Of a stretch of 64,000 nt of DNA, positions 56,797 to 64,000 are shown piece after piece (positions within the stretch are counted from its first letter, which is position 1; each line of letters starts with the position of its first letter). This stretch comes from Rebecca billardiae RCC1528 (taxonomy: Eukaryota > Protista > Haptophyta). A program made the translations under genes and the position numbers. Location: positions 1,860,001 through 1,924,000 of the forward strand of contig OZ251224.1 of assembly GCA_965240325.2 (NCBI GenBank), written 5' to 3'. The notes under the pieces are model-generated. The model ran no database searches. It was given only the letters and a program-made list of their open reading frames with translations, and was not told the origin of the DNA.

Positions 56797-57517
56797 TCGC
56801 CAACGGCTCCTCTTGCGGGTGGATGGGCGAGCGGCAGTGGCGGTGGATGCACGCCTTCTTCTTCGCGCCGGGCCCACCGAACTTGGGGTTGTCGACGCAG
56901 TTCCTGCACACGCCGCAGTCGGCGGTGGTGCATCCGCTGCACGTGCCGCAGCGGACAAAGCGCTTGCGAGAGTTGGCCTTGGGGTGCGGCAGGGTCGCGC
57001 CGCCGAGCGAGTGCGCGGGCGGCGGCATCGACATGGGGGGCGGGAGCATCGCGGTCGGCGTGTCGTACGCCGGGTCGTGCGGTGAGCGCTTGCCCGAGGG
57101 CGACACGATCGAGAGCACCGGCTGCACGCAGCGCCGCAGCTCGCACGCCTGCTTCTTGACGTTTGCGCCGCCAAACTTGGGCTTGTCGAGGCACGCCGAG
57201 CACGAGCCGCAGTCGGTGGCGACGCAGCCCGCGCACCGGCCGCAGCGGCGCGACTTGCACTTGTGCGCCTCCTCCTCGGCCCCCAGCTTGGGCCGCTTCA
57301 CCACGTACTCGTGCACGTCCGCGCGCGCGTCCGTCAGGCTGTCTGCATCCTTGGGCACCTCCGGGTCAAACACGATCCGGTCGTTTGTCTTGCTGCCCGA
57401 CTGGAAGAGGAGCTGGAGGGCGGAGACGGCGTTCAGCATCTCCTGCTGGGACGACCTCCTCTTGAGCTTGAGGGGGTCGGCGTGCGTCGAGGAGGTGAGG
57501 GTTTGCGTCGTCGACAT
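56564..57517 (-). CDS. Protein with two CXXC zinc fingers (unmethylated-CpG-binding type)
   Basis: Two copies of RCGxCxGC...DCGxCxxCxDxPKFGG...KxAC..RxC. Likely ATG at 57517. Confidence 0.9.
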
Positions 57518-58079
57518 GTTGTTGCGGGAAGAAAGCACGGGACTTCGTCCGCCGGCCGGTCGGGTCGGCGACCACGCAGCAATTGCGCCCTCAAGATTCT
57601 TCGGCACCTCGCCGCCGTGCGCCGACTGTTCGTCGGGAGAAGATGCGGAGAGTTTCGTTGATCGCCAGTGCCTTTGGTGTGCCGTCGATGGAAGGGCGGC
57701 CAAAGTCCGAACTCGATGGGCGGAGCCAATGGCCAAACAGCTCCGCTTAATGACCAATTTGACGAATAAAGCCAAAGGCCGTTATCCTGGTAGGCTTCGT
57801 CGGCTTTTCGGTAGGCGCACCGCTCGAAACTTGTCGAGACGCCGCGCTGCCCTCGTCGCGACAGTGAATCCCCAAACGGTCGCGACGTGGAAGGCGACAA
57901 AACACCCGGAGCGGTATCTTTGGCGAGTTTCTCACGTGTGTAGGTTTGGCGCCGCCGCCGGCGTAACGGCGTCTCCGATCCGTTATGGATGGTGAGCAGG
58001 ACTGCACCGGACAAAAAAGTAAGTGTACGGAGTCGGTATCGGCCTGCCCAGCGCCCGCGCCCACCCCGCGTCGCGAGTC

Positions 58080-58409
58080 ATGGCGGCGGCGATGAGCTCG
58101 TCAACAAGGCTTGCGCTCGCCGCGAGGACGTCATGGCACAGGCCCCAGCGCCGCACGATGTTCATGGGCGGTGGCATTGGCCCGGATGGGCAGCCAGCTC
58201 GCATTGGCGCGCCAACCTACGTTGCATGGGCGCTCTGCGGCGCGCTGCTCGCGGGCTGCTGGGCATGGGAGATATATGACCAGCAGAATGCTCCACCTCC
58301 AGAGCGCGCACTCCCGGAGGGTGTGGAGAGGCGGCTTCCAAATGGCGCCTACCTGATGAAGGATGGCTCCATTGCCAAAGATCTGCCTTCACAGCCTGAA
58401 GGCGCTTGA
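58080..58409 (+). CDS. Small single-TM protein with mitochondrial-type presequence, function unknown
   Basis: Ser/Arg/Ala-rich N-terminus, hydrophobic segment YVAWALCGALLAGCWAW, C-terminal LPEGVERRLPNGAYLMKDGSI. Confidence 0.65.
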   Translation: MAAAMSSSTRLALAARTSWHRPQRRTMFMGGGIGPDGQPARIGAPTYVAWALCGALLAGCWAWEIYDQQNAPPPERALPEGVERRLPNGAYLMKDGSIAKDLPSQPEGA

Positions 58410-59045
58410 GATGAGCGCATCGTCGCCATTGAGCTCTCAGTCGTCCGGCACAGAGACGCAGCACGGAATCATGGAATTGTCCGCGCGTCCCAGGACGCAT
58501 GACTCGTGAAGATCCGGAAGCATCGTCAGCCGCAGAGCTACCCGAGTACAGGCGGCGGCCGACTGGGCCAGACGCCCGGACCGCGCGGCCGCGGAGCCAC
58601 ATTGACTCTGCCGGATTTTCGTGGGCTGGCGGCGTGACGCGCGCGACCGGGCGGATGGGTGTCACTGTCAGGACTCATGAATCGTCATGCATGTGACTCC
58701 GACGGTCTTGAACCAACTCCCTCGCGGGTGGTCGGCGGACCCCGATCGAGTGACGCGCGAATAAACGCGCCCTCGTCCATTAAATCACCCAGAATCATAT
58801 TGGCAACGTCACAGGGCTAAGCGGACGGCGACTCCCCGAGGACACTCACACTGAGGACACGGTCAGTCAATAATTATTTTAAAATGCAATTATTCCGCGA
58901 GCCGAGTTTTCGAAACTCGATTCTCACGTCCGCGAGACCGGACACCCGTCCGCGCCGCCGTCGCGGAGAGTGAACTCCGACTCGTAACAGTGAAGTAGTG
59001 TCGTCGGCAGCGTGATTCGTCGCCGGCAGATTCGTCGTACACTTA

Positions 59046-59597
59046 CAGGCAATCGCGGGCAATAAGTGAGCTGTCACAGTGACAGTGTTCGAACAGAAAC
59101 TGGGGCTTGCTATCTGCGGATCTGGCCTAGAAACTGACGAGACTAGCGATTGGCTGGTTCGCTATACGCATAGTCACACTAAGAAACCGGGACTATACTG
59201 TCGTCGCGGCTGACGAGTGCGGTCCGCCGAGGCGCAGTGCCCGTGGGACTCGCGGCGCGCGGCCCGACTACAAGTACAGGCCAAGTCCCGACTTCTCCTG
59301 ATGACTGACTCCTGGCCAGTGCACCGCAGCATCCATGCAACATCATGCCAGATTTGCTCCAAAATGACCCAAATTTTTCTTCGGCCTCGCCGGCCAGGCC
59401 TAAAGACTCAGCGGGGGGCTCTGCCCCCCTGCCAAGTGCCAGCGCCCCCCCCGCTGCGCCCCCCGCCGCCTGCGCGCCAGCGCGGCGGGCGGACCTAGCT
59501 AAGAAACTGAGACTCCGTAGGCGCTCGGGCTACCGAACGGCTAAGAAACCGAGACTAGCCGTGAGATCTCTGACTTCTTATTGCCCGCGATTGCCTG
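59046..59597. mobile_element. MITE / non-autonomous Tc1-mariner-type element
   Basis: Perfect 21-bp TIRs CAGGCAATCGCGGGCAATAAG (59046-59066) and its reverse complement (59577-59597), each flanked by TA. Subterminal CTAAGAAAC..GACT repeats. Confidence 0.88.
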
Positions 59598-60233
59598 TAC
59601 CGCCGATGCAGTACTCAGTAGTACGGCCAGTCATCCGGGGGCGTATCAGTACAGTATGACATACATATCACCGTTTATCAGACGATCCGAGTGACCTGCA
59701 TCAGTGTAACCTGAACCAGCGGCTTACACTGTGACCGTGAGAAATCGGTTATCGGACGACTGAATGAAAAGTCTGGCGATTGACTTCTTTCCCGCGGTCA
59801 GACGACCCGGTACCGGCGTCAGCCCGACCGCGGTACGGTCCTAGTAGGTAGTAGCTCAGAGGAGTCAGGCTCCGTGCCGGCGCCCGCGTGGCACCGGCCC
59901 CGCGGGCTGCACCGGCCGCACGGCAATCGCTTGGCAACTGCTTGGTCAGCGAGGCACCGGGCTCGGCTGCCCTGGGCCTGCAGAGTCACGTAGTACGCTC
60001 GGGAGCCTGTCAATCCCTCGCGGACTCGGAACGGCTTCGATTCCCGCCCGCCGCCAATTCACCTAGTATAAGCTAGCGGACGCGGAGCCTCTGAGACTCT
60101 GAGAGTAGTCTGAGTGCGTGCAGCGAGATCTCAGGTCTGGGAACCAGGGAACCGGGCCGCCAACTGCAGGGTAGCGATGCACGCGAGCACGCGGGCGAGC
60201 CAGTACAGACTGTGGCAGCACGCGCTGAAACGT

Positions 60234-61226
60234 TCAGATGTCGTACATCCACTCAAAATCGTCGCTCGCGTCGCCTGCCGAGCGCTCGAGCACGCGGTTG
60301 GTGCCGACGACCGTCTGCCCGGCGGACACCTCTTTGGTGACGATCGCCTTGGCGCCAATGACGACGTCGTCGGCGACACGAACGGGGCCGAGGATCGCGG
60401 CGCTCGCGCCGATTTTCACCCGCGAGCCCACCTGTGGGTGCCGCCTCCCCTTGGCGTCGAGCTTGCCCGTGGAGCCGAGGGTGACGCCGTGCAGCAGGTA
60501 GCACTCCTCGCCGATGGCCGCCGTCTCGCCGATCACGATCCCGGTGCCGTGGTCGAGGAAGACGCCCGCTCCGATGCGCGCGGCCGGGTGGATGTCGAGG
60601 CTGAAAGCCGCGGCGCAGCGCCCCTGCATCATCAGCGCGATGTGCTTCGAGTGCTCGTCGCCGCGCATCCACAGCTGGTGCGCCGCGCGGTGCACCTGCA
60701 GCGCATGGAACCCCTTGAAGTGGAGCAGCACCGTCAGCAGGTCCGGGCCGGCGGGATCGACGTTGGTCACCTGCACCATGTCCGCGAGCGATGCGCGGTG
60801 CATCTCGTCGGCGTGGCACAGCTCCACGAGCAACGGCCCGATCTCGGAGCGGTCGACGCCGTGGCCGTGCAGCTTCTCCGCGAGCAGCATCGCGAGCGCT
60901 GTTGGAAAGTCGGCTCGGCCGAGGATGTATGTGTTGAGGTACCGCCCGAGCACGGTCGACCCGGTGGCAAGTGCGTCAGCTTGTGCGCCGATCTTGTCCC
61001 AGAGCTGTTTGCTGTGCCAAAGCACGTCCGCGTGCACCGTCGCAGTGAGCACACTGGGCGTCGGGATGGGTCGGACAGCGGCCGCCTGCTCAAAGTCGAA
61101 TTCTGGTACCGGCGTTGACCCGGGCTTGGCCCGGGCTGCGGACATTCTCACCGCCGCGCGCGTGACTGCCGACGCCTCAGCAGCGAGTGCCTGAGACATC
61201 AGCACGAGCGCGAGAGGGGACCGCAT
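60234..61226 (-). CDS. cysE: Serine O-acetyltransferase with signal/transit presequence
   Basis: DPA, FKGFHALQVHRAAH, DIHPAARIG, LDHGTGIVIGETA, GVTLG, RHPQVG, hexapeptide repeats, C-terminal Ile (MYDI). Confidence 0.95.
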   Translation of the reverse strand: MRSPLALVLMSQALAAEASAVTRAAVRMSAARAKPGSTPVPEFDFEQAAAVRPIPTPSVLTATVHADVLWHSKQLWDKIGAQADALATGSTVLGRYLNTYILGRADFPTALAMLLAEKLHGHGVDRSEIGPLLVELCHADEMHRASLADMVQVTNVDPAGPDLLTVLLHFKGFHALQVHRAAHQLWMRGDEHSKHIALMMQGRCAAAFSLDIHPAARIGAGVFLDHGTGIVIGETAAIGEECYLLHGVTLGSTGKLDAKGRRHPQVGSRVKIGASAAILGPVRVADDVVIGAKAIVTKEVSAGQTVVGTNRVLERSAGDASDDFEWMYDI

Positions 61227-61605
61227 GCTCGCCCACGTCGATACCGAGGAGGCGGCGGCCCTCGTGCTGTCACAGACAGTGACCGTCTTACAATCCGTCA
61301 CTCAGCCAAGGGCCCTTGCCCTTACGGCCCTTGACTCAGCGTCGGACAGCCAGCCTCTCGAAAGCGCATCACATCAAATGATGACATCAGAGTCATGCGT
61401 GGCCGAACCGCAGACGCAGTGTGGCATGGCGCATGACGACGTTGCCGTGCCCCTCCGAGGTCCAGGCGGCGACTCGCGAGCGTCTGTCCGTCAGAGTCGC
61501 GGTTCACCTCGTCAGTTCGAGTCCGCACGCGAACACCGACCTGAGTGTCGGACGGCCGACGGGCATGTGAGCAGCGATCGGTCGGTGGCCGGGAAAGCGC
61601 GGTCA

Positions 61606-62805
61606 CTACAACCACGGGCGCTCAGCATCGGCAGCACCCTCGCTCGGCGAGCGCGCGCGAGCCCGTCGGAACAGCCGGTGCCAGCGGCAGCAGCCCGCTC
61701 GATCCCCTGGCAGGCCGCCGCGGCCGTGCGCGCCGCTCGGGAAAGCAAACTGCTCGGCGGCGGCGACCCACTGCATCGTGGGCTTGACGGACGAGAGCAC
61801 AATCATCGAGGCCATGATGAGCGCGCTCGCCGCGTCCGTGTGCTCCGGATCGAACGCGAAGCAGAGGATCAGCACCGCCTCGACGATCGTCGTGCTCGAT
61901 CGGAAGAGGTCAGCGAGCACGTGCAGCAGCGCAGACCACAGGTTGAGCTCAGCCGCCGTGTCGGCGAGCTCGAGCTCGGCGAAGCTCACGTCGTCGGCGT
62001 CGATGGGGGACGCCGGGTAGGAGGGCTCCAGGTGGCCGACGCTCGTGCTCGGCTCCTCGTTCGCGCCTCGCAGCGCCGCCTCGCCGCTCTCCGGCGCCGC
62101 CACCTCGTGCGCGCGCGCGCGCCGGCTGTGCCACAGCTGCGCGAGTGAGCAGCCGTCAATCAGCAGCCCCGCGATTGCAAAGCCGAGGATGATGCGCGCG
62201 TCGACGTCGAACGCGGAGGAGGGCTCGTCGCCCGACGCGTGGGCGAGCCGAAGCAGCTCGGACCCCGCGTGCACCGCGCTCGGGATCGTGATCGCCCACA
62301 GCGCCAGCATCGACACCCCGGACACGACCAGGTCGATTAACTCGCGCTCGCGCACCGAGCGGCCGGGCGAGCACTCGGCCCACAGGTTGCCCATGTAGGT
62401 GAGCACGTCGACGAGCATCGACGCCGCGTCGATCAGCAGCGCGAGGGAGCCGGCGATCCACGCGCCGACGAACTGCGCGAGCGTGATCGACGCGAAGAGG
62501 ACGAGCGTGAGGAAGATGGCGCGAGCGCGTGGCGCACACCGCGTGAGCCGCATGAGTGCGCGAATGCGCACGCGGGTGCGGCAGCGCAGCTTCGGGCCGC
62601 AGCGGCGCCGCCTGGGCGGTCGTTCGAATGGCCCGCTCGAAGACGCGACGGGCAACGAGCCCGTCGACCCCGGCAGCGTCGGCAACGCCGGACGCGCACT
62701 CGCGGACACGACGGGCAGCGAGCCGGTGGATCGCGCACCGATCGACGTGCCTGTCGGTCGCAGCGCTGGTGAGGCGGGCGGCGATGGCGATGGCACCAGC
62801 GGCAT
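61606..62805 (-). CDS. Cation diffusion facilitator (CDF/ZnT-like) transporter
   Basis: GSLALLIDAASMLVD, NLWSALLHVLAD, six hydrophobic segments. Exact start and 3' end uncertain. Confidence 0.85.
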   Translation of the reverse strand: MPLVPSPSPPASPALRPTGTSIGARSTGSLPVVSASARPALPTLPGSTGSLPVASSSGPFERPPRRRRCGPKLRCRTRVRIRALMRLTRCAPRARAIFLTLVLFASITLAQFVGAWIAGSLALLIDAASMLVDVLTYMGNLWAECSPGRSVRERELIDLVVSGVSMLALWAITIPSAVHAGSELLRLAHASGDEPSSAFDVDARIILGFAIAGLLIDGCSLAQLWHSRRARAHEVAAPESGEAALRGANEEPSTSVGHLEPSYPASPIDADDVSFAELELADTAAELNLWSALLHVLADLFRSSTTIVEAVLILCFAFDPEHTDAASALIMASMIVLSSVKPTMQWVAAAEQFAFPSGAHGRGGLPGDRAGCCRWHRLFRRARARSPSEGAADAERPWL

Positions 62806-63026
62806 GGCGTGAGCACGTTTCAGCTGCTAGCCGAGCCCCGTCGAGCCCACGATTCGCGGTGCTGCAGGTTCCACCGGCCCTTCCGAGCGTTGACAGGAAC
62901 GGATCAATGGCGGCTGCTCACAGCGCGAGAGCCGACGAGGAACACAGCTCACTTGGTTCGGCCAAGGGTGTCCAGGGTCCGCAACAGCCAGTGCGCAGCG
63001 CGGCAGAGGCTGTGACATCGCGAGGT

Positions 63027-64000
63027 CGCCGCTCGCCAGTGGGACTCGCCCGCCCGCCGCCGTGCACGGCGGCGGAGCCGCTCGCGCCGTGCGCTCCTGC
63101 GGCCGTCGGATCGGGCTGCGTAGGCGGCGCGCGGCGTGGGCCGTCGCAGAGCCACCCAGCGCCCCTCGCTGCGCCGCGCGCCTTCCTCGTCCTCGCCTCC
63201 TTCGCGCCTTGAAGCAGCACGCACACGCGCGGCGCCGCCACAAAAGCAGCGCAGGCGCTCGCGTGCAAGCAGCGCGCGACGGGCTCGACTCGGGGCTCGC
63301 GCCGCTGCGGGGGCATGCAGCACCATCCCATGCGCGCGCGACGCCACCTCGAGCCTGCGCATCGCTGTGACCGTCACGCGCCAAATGCTCACACGTCCTC
63401 GTGTTGAAGTAGGCCCAATCTGACCAGAACCTGCCATGCGTCAGGACAACTTCTTAGGCAAGACACGATGACAGCTACGTACGCGGCGCTTCTCAGCACG
63501 CGTGGAGACCACAAGAGAAGCGCACGCAAGCATGACCGTCTCCGCATCGATCGCGTCGACGCCCTCAAGGCCCGTTGTGGAAGCTTCCGTCGCACGTGTG
63601 ATGATGCCAAGTCAGACCATTTTGTAACGTGCATCAGCGTGCACTGACGGTCAAACGCGCAGGCTCGAGGTGGCGTCGCGCGCGCATGGGATGGTGCTGC
63701 ATGCCCCCGCAGCGGCGCGAGCCCCGAGTCGAGCCCGTCGCGCTGCGCGCGCGCACGCTTGCACGCGAGCGCCTGCGCTGCTTTTGTGGCGGCGCCGCGC
63801 GTGTGCGTGCTGCTTCAAGGCGCGGAGGAGGCGAGGACGAGGAAGGCGCGCGGCGCAGCGAGGGGCGCTGGGTGGCTCTGCGACGGCCCACGCCGCGCGC
63901 CGCCTACGCAGCCCGATCCGACGGCCGCAGGAGCGCACGGCGCGAGCGGCTCCGCCGCCGTGCACGGCGGCGGGCGGGCGAGTCCCACTGGCGAGCGGCG
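63027..64000. repeat. Long near-perfect inverted repeat (arms 63027-63360 and 63657-64000+, spacer ~296 bp)
   Basis: The arms are reverse complements apart from a ~10-nt indel and a substitution. The right arm runs off the window. Confidence 0.95.

Noticed and set aside
44328-62805. GGT, serine acetyltransferase and CDF as an extension of the thiol/redox cluster
   Set aside because: They lie 40-55 kb from GR/TrxR, separated by unrelated housekeeping genes, so chance proximity is sufficient.
63598-63648. Possible C/D box snoRNA (GTGATGA...CTGA)
   Set aside because: Only ~50 nt, with no recognisable guide or terminal stem.
1-64000. CRISPR arrays, tRNA or rRNA genes, and the many Arg/Ala/Pro-rich overlapping ORFs
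   Set aside because: No regularly spaced repeat-spacer array or recognisable tRNA/rRNA was seen. The overlapping ORFs are shadow frames of real genes in high-GC sequence.

Overview
Very GC-rich, compact eukaryotic nuclear DNA with short GT-AG introns, signal plus transit peptides on plastid-type enzymes and a selenoprotein. By inference it is a secondary-plastid alga, haptophyte/Pavlovales-like. About 19 protein genes are supported, many in tight head-to-head pairs: an ArsO/ArsV-like flavoprotein, glutathione reductase, a selenocysteine thioredoxin reductase (GC-UGA-G plus a clear SECIS), a GT25-like glycosyltransferase, Iwr1, lumazine synthase, an FSIP1-like protein, a Upf1-like SF1 helicase, a bacterial-type SAM methyltransferase, acyltransferase-3, a polysaccharide pyruvyl transferase, LSM2, gamma-glutamyltransferase, an Mss116-like DEAD-box helicase, a Cys-rich repeat membrane protein, a filamin-repeat protein, a double-CXXC protein, serine acetyltransferase and a CDF transporter. 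The stretch at about 20.4-41 kb is a transposon-rich island. It holds a 5'-truncated but still open non-LTR retrotransposon ORF with an unusual RT + RNase H + zinc knuckle + C-terminal OTU-protease-like architecture, and short copies of its 3' tail. It also holds two families of non-autonomous elements with asymmetric terminal inverted repeats and a terminal hairpin (Helentron/Helitron2-like), one carrying captured gene fragments, and a decayed hAT-like transposase. A TA-flanked MITE and a long inverted repeat lie near the right end. All family assignments come from motif recognition by eye; no searches were run.
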